64,000 nucleotides of DNA, from assembly GCA_964016885.1 (NCBI GenBank), contig OZ024740.1, positions 31,000,001 through 31,064,000 of the forward strand, read 5' to 3'. This document shows positions 40,125-55,129 of this stretch, piece after piece. Both the position numbers and the translations under genes were made by a program. The notes beneath the pieces were generated by a model, which did no database searches, was not told where the DNA came from, and was given only the letters and a program-made list of their open reading frames with translations. This stretch comes from Eledone cirrhosa (taxonomy: Eukaryota). Positions within the stretch are counted from its first letter, which is position 1, and each line of letters opens with the position of its first letter.

Positions 40125-40556
40125 GGAGACACAAGGCAGGCTTTGTTTAGAAACGCTAGTGAATCTGAAAATTAGGTAGTAACATATGCTTACGTTGTAT
40201 TTGACTAAATAAAATTAGTCTGTTAGTTGGGTTTTTAAAAAAAACCTCTGAATGGAATAAAGGATGAGTATTGATGTGCATGGGACACAAACCCACATCT
40301 TTGGTTTGCCGGACCAATGTGTTACTCGTCTGGCAAACCAAAGATGTACGTCAATACTCATCCTTTTTTCCATTCACAGGGTTTTTTTTAAATCCCAACT
40401 AACAGACTAATTCTAGTTACTCAAATACAACATAAGCACATGTTACTACCTAATTTTCAAATTATATATTTCTGGACTTATATATATACTATATATAGTC
40501 CAGAAATAGCCGTCGAAACTGCTTGAGCTCTGCCGTCAGGGTCCTGACTCTTCTCC

Positions 40557-40599
<43 letters not shown>

Positions 40600-40701
40600 T
40601 GAGATATATATATATTCATTTCATTAAGGCTAAATAGTGAGTCTTGTTACTCTGGAGTTTCGCCTGTTATCACAGGGTTATCAGAAAAATATTCTTGTCT
40701 G

Positions 40702-40749
40702 CTTGTCTGATGACCCTGTGATAAACAGACGAAACTCCAGAGTAACAAG
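40702..40749 (+). ncRNA. Type I hammerhead ribozyme (inverted copy with G8A at 40643-40690)
   Basis: cttgt-CTGATGA-cc-ctgt-gataa-acag-ac-GAAA-ctc-ca-gag-TA-acaag. Perfect stem I and GUA triplet, inside the fold-back 40616-40777. Confidence 0.8.
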
Positions 40750-40841
40750 ACTCACTATTTAGCCTTAATGAAATGATTATTAAAACTCAACTTAGGTATT
40801 GAGTACTCTTTTCTCGCAGCCATCAACCACACACGGATATG

Positions 40842-41722
40842 ATAATAATAATGAAATTATTGTGTACAGTGCTCAGGTGCGTCAGAGCTTCAATGTCTCC
40901 ATGCCCAGGGAAGCAAGGCATTCAGAGTATGGTAGGTGTCTGATGGGGGGGTATGCGCTTGGTTGCACGTCTCTGAACAGTTTCCAAGCAGTCAATGTTC
41001 TGAGCAAGATAGGGGTTCCAGACTGGTGATGCAAATTCTAAGTGTGGCCGCACCACAGCTATATACAGCTTTAAATAGATAGCTGGAGGGCGGCTGACAA
41101 AGGTCTTGCTGAGTGATGCTAAGACACCCTCGGCCTTCTTGACAATTTTAAAGATGTGCTTCGTCCAATGCAAATCGCTACTGACTGTAATGCCCAGGTC
41201 ACGTTCAAAAGAAGACTTCTTGATATTAGTGCTGTGGAGGGAGTATGTGGACGCTGAATTTTTCCTCCTAAAATGCATGGTGGTGCACTTGTCCACAGCC
41301 AGCTTGAGTTGCCAGTCCGTGATCCATTGTTGCATTGTGTCCAGGTCAGACTGCAAGCAAGATCTATAGTGTTCAGGATCTGTCCTTTTTATCTCAAGGT
41401 ACAGCTTGATGTCATCTGCATATTTCAGTACTGTGGCATTCTTTAAGTTGGCATCTATGTCGTTAATAAGGGGGCCAAGAACAGATCTCTGTGGTACACC
41501 AGATGACATCTCATATGGTGAGGAATGCCGTCCTAGAACCGTGACTACCTCTCTTCGAGTGAGAATGAAGGACTTCAACCAGTTAAAAAGATCATCCTTC
41601 ACACCCATTGCAGAGAGTTTTGCCATAAGTCTTTTGTGTGGCACAGAATTGAAAGCTTTAGGAAAGTCAAGGTCCACAACATCCACCCATGAGCCGCCAT
41701 CAGTGATCCGGGTAATGTCTTC
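40842..41722 (-). mobile_element. CR1-clade LINE fragment (RT), with internal deletion before the 3' end
   Basis: ORF 40922-41686 has LDFPKAFNSVPH, GVPQRSVLGP, KYADD, RDLG, RPHLEFASPVWNP and VQRRATK, and the element ends in a (TAT)n tail. Related 3' fragments at 42420-42890 (+) and 52850-53250 (-). Confidence 0.88.
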
Positions 41723-42740
41723 AATATATATATGTGTGTGTGTATTTATATATGTTTATATATAATAATAATAATAATAATAATAAGGGTTTAGATCAAT
41801 ATATATGTTTTCAAATTTGTTTTGCAAGATTTCTTATCTGAAAACGTGTGTTGAAAGAGATATTGTTATACTTTGGGAGGGTTATAAATTTCCAATTGAT
41901 TCCTTGGTTGTTTATATATTGTCAAAGCTCTTTCATCACTCATTCTGTGACTCCCTCAGTGACTGAGATTTTTTATTGTGTGTCTCACCTTTGTTCTGTC
42001 CTACACCATCTTGTTTTTGGGTGTAAGACAACATATATTGTTGATTATACTTTTAACTTTCGTCTGCATTTTTTCCCTTTTGTTTATTCTTAATACTTTT
42101 ATATATCTCTTTAAACATCCCAATCTATCTAGCTATATACATCCATCTGAATATCCCTATTAATCAATTTATCACTATATTTCAATCCACCCATTATCTA
42201 GCTACTTACCTATCTAACTACCCACCTCTTTATCTATCTCTTTATTCATCTAGCTACATATCTATCCATCTCCTTACATATCTATTAATCTATTTATCAA
42301 TCTATTTATCAGTGTATCACTCTGTCTATCCATCTATCTATCTGTTTGTTAATACATCTATACATCTCCCTATCTATCTACTTCCGTATCTGTCTATTAA
42401 TATATCCCTATCTAATACCCTCCATCAGGCATCTACCATACTCTGAACACCTTGCTTCCAGGGCATAGATACATTAAAGCTCCGACCTCTGGCAACTGAC
42501 TTGGTAGACACCCACAAGATTATTAACCATTTTTCCAACAACAACCCTGAGCACCTTTTTGAATTCCATGTGTCTAACACCTGAGAACATGAAGTCAGAA
42601 AACAGCACAGCTCCCACAACTTTCAGAAACATTTTTTCATGCTCAGAGTTGCTAAAGCATGGAACAAACTACCTGCATCAGTTGCTTCCCAAATTTCGCC
42701 AACACTACACCTGATATTCCCCCTCCAAACACACGCACGA

Positions 42741-42781
<41 letters not shown>

Positions 42782-42884
42782 ATGACTCATACAGATTTGT
42801 ACATTATTCTATGTACTATACATGCATCTTTGATGAGTTGTAGTGCACCTGAGCACTGTACACAATAATTTTCATTATGATTAT

Positions 42885-42920
<36 letters not shown>

Positions 42921-42939
42921 GTGTGTGTGTGTATATATA

Positions 42940-43005
<66 letters not shown>

Positions 43006-43295
43006 AATGTATGTGTATGTATAATGTATAAATATATATGTATATATGCATGTACATATATATGTGCATGTGTGTGTGTGTGTGTGTATTGAAAGTATGA
43101 TAAGTACTACAGAGTGACTCTGTCCATTTTTATATCTCTATAGGGGTTTATATACCTAACTTGTTCAACTATTTTATAGTTAAACCTGCATTGTAGCAGC
43201 TTACAATAAGCTAATATACTTTCAAAATTCAAATTTGCTCAATGCCTCATAAAACGATTGTTTCACTCCCTCTCTCTTTCTTTCTCTTTCTCTTT

Positions 43296-43910
<615 letters not shown>

Positions 43911-46900
43911 TTCAAGGAACATATGAAACAACCAATTTCTTAACTAATATTAAATACTATTATGATAAAACATGCTATTATATTTACTCCATATGTATGT
44001 GAGTGCGCATGTGTGTGTTTGTATGTGTGCGAATGTGTGTGTATGTGTTAATGTTACAAAACTTTTAATCATCAAGCTAAATATTATATTTGTTGATTTA
44101 TTTCCTCAACTATATAAGCAGAGGCATGGCTGTGTGGCTAAAAGGTTTCCTTCTCAATAACCTGCTCTTGTGTTCTATCCCATTGTGTGACACCGCTTCT
44201 ACTATAGCCTTCAGCTGCTCAATGACTTGGGAGTGAAATTTGGTAGGCAGAAATTATACAAAACCTGTTATAGATGATGATGATGATTGTGGTGGTGGTG
44301 GTGGTGGTGGTGGTACAAAGAAAAAATCTAATTTTGTCTAAGTCTACTTAAAAAATGTTGGATGTGCTACAACAATGTGAATATAGTGAAGATAAGTGAA
44401 AAGAAGAAAACATCGTGAAGTACTCTATACACTCATGTATGGACCCATGATGTCTGGTGGAGTCATAGGAGGGTCATGTGTCTTTGGCATTTAAAACCTG
44501 ATAGAGCCCATTACTTCTCCGGCTTAGAACACAACCAATTTCTCACAGAGAAAGAGGAGGGTGAAAGAGAAAGAGAATCAACCCAGTACTGAACTGGTAC
44601 TGTTTTTAGGATGAAAGGATGCAGACAAAGTTGACCTTGGTGGGATTTCAACTCAGAGCACAAAGAGCTAGAACCAATACTACAAAGCGTTCTATCCAAC
44701 AATCTAACAATTTGCTACCTTAAACTCGTGTATAAGTCACACTTCCATTTGACATACAACATTCTCAATGTACCATCTATTTTGAACTGAGCTTTTTTAA
44801 GTCTGGCAGATAAGTTACACACTGGTTTTTCACATATTTTCATTTGGAAAGGAGTGACTTATGCATAGTATATATGGGGGATATTATATACAAGTGTGAT
44901 AGTGAGAAGATTAACAGAGGGTGTGATAACACTGTAAATATGAACATTATAAAAGATTCAATAAAAAATATCATGAGGCCCTTAACAACAGATTTGAAAC
45001 CAAGGTGTGTGGCTTAGGGGCTAAGGTTGTTGGGCTCACAATTGTAAAGCGATGAGTTCAATTCCAAGAATGGATGGTGTCTTGTGTCCTTCAGCAAAAC
45101 TCTTTATTTCCTGTTGTTCCAGTGCACTCAACTAGAAAAATTGCATTACATGAAAAGGGGAGGTTGGCATGCATGACTGCTGGTCTTCCACAAAGCACTT
45201 TACCCAGGCTTGTGCCTTAACCCTTTAGGATTTACATTACTCTAAATATACTATTGTATTTTCACAGTAAAGGCTTCATCTCATAATATTGAATCTATGA
45301 GATTTTGATGTTATTTATTTTGAGAACAATACCTTAATGCCAGTATGAGTGGCCAATTACAGTCAGTTTAAACAGAATGAGGTGAAAATTCTGGCCAGAT
45401 ATGACCAGTTTAAATGTTAAAGGGTGAAAAAGGAAATTTCTAGGTGCAAAACCATGGTCAGTCATGGCTTAAGAGAGCCTATTTCTTTCATTGAAAACCA
45501 GGCTAAATATTTATCAGCTTATCCGCCGTACGGTCTAACCTTCGCACATGCACAGTCTCATACACTAAAAATTTTTTAAATAGATAAATACTCTTGTTTA
45601 ACTCCTTTGATACCAATCTGCCATAGAAAGTTCCTGGTTCTATGATACAAAAACCAAGCATTTTAAATCATTATCGTCATTTAATGTCCATTTTCGCTGC
45701 TACCAAGAGTTTGTATTTAAATTAAGACCTTCCAACATCCTTTTACATAAGGAATTTTCTATCAGTTATATTCTGAACATAATACATTATTTTATTAAAT
45801 TCCTCTACATCCTTGTTGATTTTAAAAATTAATAGAAATAGGTAGGCACTATATTTCATTGAAAAATAGGCCACAAAAGGGTTATGTACCAGAACACAAT
45901 GTGTGTGTGCACGCGTTTTATACACAGAACATGTTAGATGACCAAAGATAGCTTTGGAGCACACCCTAACGCATCCACTATCATGACCACAACACAATCA
46001 TCATCACATTTGCAATTCCAGAAGCTTGAGTATTACAACAGATTTAATGTTAAATAGTTTTAAATTGTCAGTGTAATCCATCCATAGTAATAAACGAGTG
46101 AGTGTGTGTGTGTGTATGTCTTCACATGCATGTGTGTTTCTAAATGAATTTCTTCTAGAATGTCTTTCGGCTACACAATTTGCTATGTTGAGGAAATAAT
46201 TCATAAAACTTGTATAAGCTTTACTATTTTATACATATTTGTGAAACATGTATAATTTATGTCACAAACATATGGTATTGTCCCAGTAATGTGGTGCTTG
46301 CAGTTGATACAGTCAGCTAGACAGACATATGTATACAAACACAACACCTATACCACCATCTCTATTTACATATCATTATATAGGTGGATTGGCAGTATCG
46401 GTAGAGGATCGGACGCCATGCTTTGATGCATGGAGTTACGGCCCTTGCCATTCTGAGTTCAAATCCCGCCGAGGTTAACTTTGCCTTTCATCCTTACGGG
46501 GTCGATAAAATAAAGTACCAGTAATGCACTGGGTAATTGCTGGCCTTGTGCCAAAAGTAGAAACAATTATATATATAATATGCTATTCCCATATTTGACA
46601 GTATTTAGTATCAGAACCAAATATTATTAAGATTGTCCATATTTTTCACAAGATAAAATTATTTTAAATAATCTATGTATATAAGCATTTTTTTTTTCTT
46701 TTTCAAAATATCGTCTTTGTATTACACACTTTAAAAAGTCTAAATAAAATTTATATGACAACTTTTTCCTATCGAAATATTTGTTTATTTGTTTTTTTAG
46801 TGTTTGTTTTAGACATGAAAGTGGAAATATATTTATTATCAATAAAATGAACACAACAAACAATTTCAGCTCTGCTCATCATAATTTTACATTCACAGAC

Positions 46901-47042
46901 ATGGCTGTGTGATTAACAAGTTTGCTTCACAACTAAGTGGTTTTAGGGTCTACCCCACTGCATGACACCTTTGACAAATATCTTCTATAGCTTTAGACTG
47001 ACTTGTGAGTAGAATTTGGTAGATGAAAACAGTAACAAAACT

Positions 47043-48665
47043 TCATCATTATCATCATTTTTATGTCCACTTTCCAAACTGGCATGGGTTGGACAGGTTG
47101 TCATGGTTTCATACCAGACAGGTCAAAGCAACTAATCTTGCTCATTATGCTTCATATTCAGTATCGTTTCTAGGGTTGGATGCCATTCCTAACACCAACT
47201 ACCTTATGTAGTGTACTGAGTGCATATTTTTGACACCAGCACTACCACTATCCAGAGTAGACTGGGTACGTTTTATTGTGACACCAACATTACACATTAC
47301 AGAGTGTATTGGATGCATCTTATCATGGCACCAGCACTACAGAAGTTGTCACATGTTAGGCAAAACTGAAGACTTTTCTCAAACCCTATATTGTTTCCAT
47401 TCAATTACCAAACACTATAGCCTGTTTTTTTTAAACACGTTTAGTGTCACAGTGCATGTACTGGCTCAGTTTCTTGAAGTCATTCTTTACAACATTGTCT
47501 CATGTTTTCCTTCATCTCCCTCTTCCACCTTTTCATACAACTCTTACACACCACATGACCATACAAGCACTATTATGTATGCTACATTCAATTTCTCTTA
47601 TATTCAGCTTTTCTCTGAGTTCACTAGTGCTCTGTCATTCATGTACACTAGCATTACACATTTGGTGAAACATGCATACTTCATCTCTTTTTAGCCATTG
47701 CAAATTCTCTCCCCTCAAGACTCACAACTTGCTGCCGTTCAGTATTGCAGTTCAAGTACACGATTCGTATAATCTGCCCTTCATTCTGAGAAAGAGGCAG
47801 TGTGTTGCCAGTAGAGGTAACATTTCCATGAATTTCTTCTACCCTGTTCTCACTCTGACTATAACACTTTCAGTACATCAATTTCCACTATTGGTGACTA
47901 GTAAGCCTTCTAAATATTTGAGAGAGTTTATTTCTTGAGTGCCCTTACTGTTGACTACTACACTTACTGTGCATCTGCCACATATGAACTCTATACTCCC
48001 TGTAATCCCACTACATTTGGTATGTTTACACTGAATGGAATTTCTACCTGCACCTTTTCTACATATTGAGCATGACCATTATCCTACTTACTAAAGCTTT
48101 AGTCTTTGTTAGGTTTATTTTGAGGCCCTTGATTCCAGATTTTGCTTTCATGTCTGGAATTTCATCTTTAGTTCTACCATTTCAGTTACGGTGGATAAAT
48201 ATATCAGCATATAGGAGTTCCCACAGTCTTGAATTGAGCTGCTATGGCCTGGTAAACTATAATAAACAAGACAGGGATGATGACTGAGCTTTAGTGGATT
48301 CCCAGCTGCACTAAACTTGTTGCTGACTCTTACCTTGTGGGTTGCAGTTCTGTACAGATGTCACAAGTCATAACTTCCTAAGCAACCACCAAATTACAGA
48401 GCATGGATTTCTGTCAAAGACCCTTTCCAGGTTGACGAATGTTAGATATATGGGCTTATTCTTAGCTAAACACTTCTCTTACAACTATCTGACTAGAAAG
48501 ATGGCATTTGTAGTGTTATTCCCAGGCACAAAGTTAAACTACATCTCATCAAAATTAATTCTGTTCCTAATTGTGCAATAACTCTTTCTCTGATTTTCAT
48601 AACCTGATCCAAGTTTCATACCTTAGTAATTTTCTCTCTCTAGTGCATCTCCCTTTGCCCTTGTA
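47043..48665 (-). mobile_element. Old, heavily degraded RTE LINE
   Basis: Colinear similarity to RTE-A/B RT segments (for example atcagcatataggagttcccacag, cccaggcacaaagttaaactacatctcatc). No long ORF remains. Confidence 0.7.
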
Positions 48666-49194
48666 GCCTATTGTCTGTCTATATATATAAATGTATGTAT
48701 ATGTGTGCATGTCTTTGCTTTCACATTTGACACTGCTAGGTGGAGACATTTGTTTATGACATCATGTAATAATCATTGTTTCCATTGGTCTTTCCATCAC
48801 TGATACTATCTGCTGGTTGCAACTCCTGACAGAAGGTGAGATTTAAACTAAAAAAAACACAGAACTGGATCAAATACTGCAAAATATCCTGTTTGACATT
48901 TTAACAATTTCATCAATCCACCAGCTCTGGGCTGGTAATTTATTTATTGACTCTGAAAGGATGAAAGGCAAAGCTGACCTTGACAAGATTTTAACTCAAA
49001 GTACAGTGTACTGAAACAGATACTGAAGCATTTAATCAGATGCCCTTAACAACAATGCCAATTTGCCATGGAATTAAGGGGCAATATTGTATCAGAAGAT
49101 TGAACAAAAGAAAATTATTAAGAGGGAGTGCAAATCAAATTACAGAGTAACAATCAAGAAGACTTGGGATTGGGTAGTGAAGACCAACCGTAAG

Positions 49195-52100
49195 AAGCTG
49201 CACCTCATAATGGTGGACCAACCTTAAGAAACTGAACATCACAACAGAAGATCAACCTTTAGAAACTGAACCTCACAATAGAAGATCAACCTTTAGAAAC
49301 TGAACCTTACAACAGATGACGAACCTTTAGAAACTGAACCTCACAACAGATCAGCCTTTAGAAACTGAACCTCACAACAGATCAGCCTTTAGAAACTGAG
49401 CCTCACAACAGATGACGAACCTTTAGAAACTGAACCTCACAACAGAAGATCAGCCTTTAGAAACTGAGCCTCACAACAGAAGATCAACCTTTAGAAACTG
49501 AACCTCACAACAGAAGATCAACCTTTAGAAACTGAACCTCACAACAGATGACGAACCTTTAGAAACTGAACCTCACAACAGAAGATCAGCCTTTAGAAAC
49601 TGAGCCTCACAACAGAAGATCAACCTTTAGAAACTGAACCTCACAACAGAAGATCGACCTTTAGAAACTGAACCTCACAACAGATGACGAATCTTTAGAA
49701 ACTGAACCTCACAACAGATGACGAACCTTTAGAAACTGAACCTCACAACAGATGACGAATCTTTAGAAACTGAACCTCACAACAGATGACCAACCTTTAG
49801 AAACTGAACCTCACAACAGATGACCAACCTTTAGAAACTGAACCTCACAACAGAAGATCAACCTTAAGAAACTGAACCTCACAACAGATGACCAACCTTT
49901 AGAAACTGAACCTCACAACAGATGACCAACCTTTAGAAACTGAACCTCACAACAGATGACCAACCTTTAGAAACTGAACCTCACAACAGAAGATCAACCT
50001 TTAGAAACTGAACCTCACAACAGATGACCAACCTTTAGAAACTGAACCTCACAACAGAAGATCAACCTTTAGAAACTGAACCTCACAACAGATGACCAAC
50101 CTTTAGAAACTGAACCTCACAACAGATGACCAACCTTTAGAAACTGAACCTCACAACAGAAGATCAACCTTTAGAAACTGAACCTCACAACAGATGACCA
50201 ACCTTTAGAAACTGAACCTCACAACAGAAGATCAACCTTTAGAAACTGAACCTCACAACAGATGACCAACCTTTAGAAACTGAACCTCACAACAGATGAC
50301 CAACCTTTAGAAACTGAACCTCACAACAGATGACCAACCTTTAGAAACTGAACCTCACAACAGAAGATCAACCTTTAGAAACTGAACCTCACAACAGATG
50401 ACCAACCTTTAGAAACTGAACCTCACAACAGATGACCAACCTTTAGAAACTGAACCTCACAACAGATGACCAACCTTTAGAAACTGAACCTCACAACAGA
50501 AGATCAACCTTTAGAAACTGAACCTCACAACAGATGACCAACCTTTAGAAACTGAACCTCACAACAGATGACCAACCTTTAGAAACTGAACCTCACAACA
50601 GATGACCAACCTTTAGAAACTGAACCTCACAACAGAAGATCAACCTTTAGAAACTGAACCTCACAACAGATGACCAACCTTTAGAAACTGAACCTCACAA
50701 CAGATGACCAACCTTTAGAAACTGAACCTCACAACAGATGACCAACCTTTAGAAACTGAACCTCACAACAGAAGATCAACCTTTAGAAACTGAACCTCAC
50801 AACAGATGACCAACCTTTAGAAACTGAACCTCACAACAGATGACCAACCTTTAGAAACTGAACCTCACAACAGATGACCAACCTTTAGAAACTGAGCCTC
50901 ACAACAGAAGATCAACCTTTAGAAACTGAACCTCACAACAGAAGATCAACCTTTAGAAACTGAACCTCACAACAGATGACCAACCTTTAGAAACTGAACC
51001 TCACAACAGATGACCAACCTTTAGAAACTGAACCTCACAACAGATGACCAACCTTTAGAAACTGAACCTCACAACAGAAGATCAACCTTTAGAAACTGAA
51101 CCTCACAACAGATGACCAACCTTTAGAAACTGAACCTCACAACAGATGACCAACCTTTAGAAACTGAACCTCACAACAGATGACCAACCTTTAGAAACTG
51201 AACCTCACAACAGAAGATCAACCTTTAGAAACTGAACCTCACAACAGATGACCAACCTTTAGAAACTGAACCTCACAACAGATGACCAACCTTTAGAAAC
51301 TGAACCTCACAACAGATGACCAACCTTTAGAAACTGAACCTCACAACAGAAGATCAACCTTTAGAAACTGAACCTCACAACAGATGACCAACCTTTAGAA
51401 ACTGAACCTCACAACAGATGACCAACCTTTAGAAACTGAACCTCACAACAGATGACCAACCTTTAGAAACTGAACCTCACAACAGAAGATCAACCTTTAG
51501 AAACTGAACCTCACAACAGATGACCAACCTTTAGAAACTGAACCTCACAACAGATGACCAACCTTTAGAAACTGAACCTCACAACAGATGACGAACCTTT
51601 AGAAACTGAGCCTCACAACAGAAGATCAACCTTTAGAAACTGAACCTCACAACAGAAGATCAACCTTTAGAAACTGAACCTCACAACAGATGACCAACCT
51701 TTAGAAACTGAACCTCACAACAGATGACCAACCTTTAGAAACTGAACCTCACAACAGATGACCAACCTTTAGAAACTGAACCTCACAACAGAAGATCAAC
51801 CTTTAGAAACTGAACCTCACAACAGATGACCAACCTTTAGAAACTGAACCTCACAACAGATGACCAACCTTTAGAAACTGAACCTCACAACAGATGACCA
51901 ACCTTTAGAAACTGAACCTCACAACAGATGACCAACCTTTAGAAACTGAACCTCACAACAGATGACGAACCTTTAGAAACTGAACCTCACAACAGAAGAT
52001 CAACCTTTAGAAACTGAACCTCACAACAGATGACCAACCTTTAGAAACTGAACCTCACAACAGAAGATCAACCTTTAGAAACTGAACTTCACAACAGATC

Positions 52101-52562
52101 AACCTTTAGAAACTGAACCTCACAACAGATGACCAATCTTTAGAAACTGAACCTCACAACAGAAGATCAACCTTTAGAAACTGAACCTCACAACAGATGA
52201 CCAACCTTTAGAAACTGAACCTCACAACAGAAGATCAACCTTTAGAAACTGAACCTCACAACAGATGACCAACCTTTAGAAACTGAACCTCACAACAGAA
52301 GATCAACCTTTAGAAACTGAACCTCACAACAGATGACCAACCTTTAGAAACTGAACCTCACAACAGAAGATCAACCTTTAGAAACTGAACCTCACAACAG
52401 ATGACCAACCTTTAGAAACTGAACCTCACAACAGAAGATCAACCTTTAGAAACTGAACCTCACAACAGAAGATCAACCTTTAGAAACTGAACATCACAAC
52501 AGAAGATCAATCTTAAGAATCTGAACTTCACAACAGATCAACCTTTAGAAACTGAACCTGAC
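49195..52562. repeat. 34-bp tandem repeat, about 99 copies (CTTTAGAAACTGAACCTCACAACAGA[TGACC/AGATC]AAC)
   Basis: Unit counted directly. The lines starting at 50101 and 51121 are in identical phase (1020 = 30 x 34). Edges are degenerate. Confidence 0.95.
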
Positions 52563-55129
52563 AAAGGTTCACCATGAGGATTAGTAACATACTGTACTGG
52601 AGAAGATTCCCCCTACCAGCAGAAAATGTGACCTGACACATCCATGTGCCCCCCCCCCGCCTCTACTAGCACGCCTTAGTATCACTGACACACCCTACTG
52701 CAGCCATTCCCCTTCAATACCTTTAGCTAATCACCCCATCATAACAACTCCACCTGGTAGCTATCCTCACTATCAGAACTTAGTATCTACTCCCTCCATC
52801 CATATGCACCTCCCTCAACTCCATCTACTACCACTCCTTAGCAATCTTAATAATAATAAATAATAATAATGAAATATTGTGTACAGTGCTCAGGTGCACT
52901 ACAACTCATCAAAAAGTGTATGTATAGTACATCGGGTAATGCACAAACGTCAGGAAAATGAACAGTGCATGAGTCATGATATACACATGTGTGCATGTGT
53001 ATGGAAGGGGTACATCAGGTGTAGTTTTGGCGAATTTTGGGAAGCATGAGGGTTTTAAAGGATGCAGTGTCTCGGCAGCTAACAACTGATGCAGTCAGTT
53101 TGTTCCATGCTTCAGCACCTCTGAGCATGAAAAATTGCTTCCGAAAGTCATGGGAGCTGTGCTGTTTTCTGATTTTGTAGGCATGTCCACGTGTGTTAGA
53201 CATATGGAAATCAAAAAGGTGCTCAGGGTTGTTGTTGGCAAGATGGTTAATAACACCATCACTACACCCCCTACTCTAACACACTGGTGACCACACCCCT
53301 CCACTACTACCTCACTATCACTACAACCTCCCTCTAAAATCCTGACACACCTGTGACTACACCCTTCCATGCTATCAGAGATCACCACACTCCTCCTACC
53401 CACAAATCTGTCAAATCCATGACACTTTCCATACACCCATAACATTATACTTATTTTCCTTCTGGCTTGTAAACTGGCTCAGTCTGTGGATATCTGTCCA
53501 ACCCATGCTAGTGGGGAAAACAAATGATGGTGATGATGGTATGATAGGGAGGGCACCCAGCTATAGAAACCCTGCCAAAACTGGAACATATGTGAGATAT
53601 GGTCCTAGGCTTGTTTGGAAGGTTTGATTAAGTCCTGACTTAGTCTGTAAATATCTATCCAACCTATACTAGCATGGGGAAATGAACATTAAATGGTGGT
53701 GGTGGTGGTGGTGATGATGAATTATATTGAACAGAAATAGACTGGTAATCTTTTTTATCTTTTTTTGTCTTTACATTTTTTCAACTCTACATAACAGTAC
53801 GGAAATTACTTCATTAGTTTTGAACCCGAAAATATATTTTAGTTTAAGGGGTAAATAAAAATAAATCAAAAGGAATAAATTTTGTGCTGAAGAGGTCACA
53901 TAAAATAGGTTACCTAAAAATATAAACAGCAGTAGGTAGGCTTTATTACAGTCAAGTTATAATTAAGTTGAAATATTTATAGCTATTTCAACAAACTAAA
54001 TACTGCCATAACAACATTTAGAATAGTTAAGTTGCCAGACACATGGGGTACAATGTGAAGAAGTAGTGGAAAATAACACATGACTTAGACAAGTGGTTAT
54101 AACTATTTTTATATCTATTTTAATGCCCTTACACTATAAACCAGCCAGTGAGTGTTTGAATGTAGTCTGAGCTAACAAATAGATAAGTAGTATGTACTAG
54201 TTTACAAATGCTTCTCTGAATTTCAACTTGAAGCACCATTTTTAATATGTACAATCTTTAATTTCTAAATTCATCTCTAAAGACTAAAATATACTGAAAA
54301 CTTATTTTAATGGTATTCACAATCTTCAAGTATGTTTTTTGTATTATCACATGTTTACAACAGAATGTACAAAAAAAAATGAAATTAAAACTAGCTTAAC
54401 CCTTTCAATAGCAACCTCATTGAAACCACCTCTGGTTCTATGAAACAAAATCACCCAATTTAAACTTTGTTTAAGAGGATGTTGTAGTTTGATTGAAGTA
54501 TTGTGTAAACTATAGAAAACAGTTTCTTGTTTAACCCTTTAGCATTTACATTACTCTATATGTACCATTGTATTTTCGTGATTAAGGTTTTACCTCACAT
54601 AATCATCTCACATAATATCGAATCTATGAGATTTTGATATTATTTATTTTGAGAAAAATACCTTAACATCAGTATGAGTGGCCAGTTACGGGCGGTGTGA
54701 ACAGAAAAAGGTGAGAGAATTCTGGCCGGATACAGCCGGTTTAAATGCTAAAGGGTTAAAAGCTACCACCATGTGAATTGAACAGTTCTCATCATTACCA
54801 CCATTTAACGTCCATTTTCCATGCTTACATGAGTTAGATGGGTCATCCACATCGTGAGGCAAGTCTGGCCAGATTGGCCATGTCATACCTTGTTCAGATG
54901 GAACTGTAAATTTGGCCGGGATTTTTACAGCTGGATGCCCTTCCTAACACCAACCTCATTTACAGTGTGGATGGCACTGTAATGAGGAAGGACAACCCAG
55001 TTGGTTGTGCCATACCCTGCTCATATAGAGAAAACACTATTTTCTCTATATATATTTAAATTAAAACAGTCCATCATGATTTTATGTAAGAACCTTTCTA
55101 TCATTTGTTTTAAACACCAACTTAACAAT

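Noticed and set aside
40470-40555. Half-hammerhead (GAAAC...GTC) next to a small hairpin
   Set aside because: No CUGANGA segment upstream. Too incomplete to call, though possibly another truncated cassette.
42120-42420. Structured or coding element
   Set aside because: Degenerate (ATCT/ATCC)n simple repeat.
49195-52562. CRISPR-like array, or a hammerhead satellite (unit contains CAGA[T/A]GA...GAAA)
   Set aside because: There are no unique spacers and no cas genes, and the context is eukaryotic. The core-like words are not accompanied by any pairable stem I, II or III.
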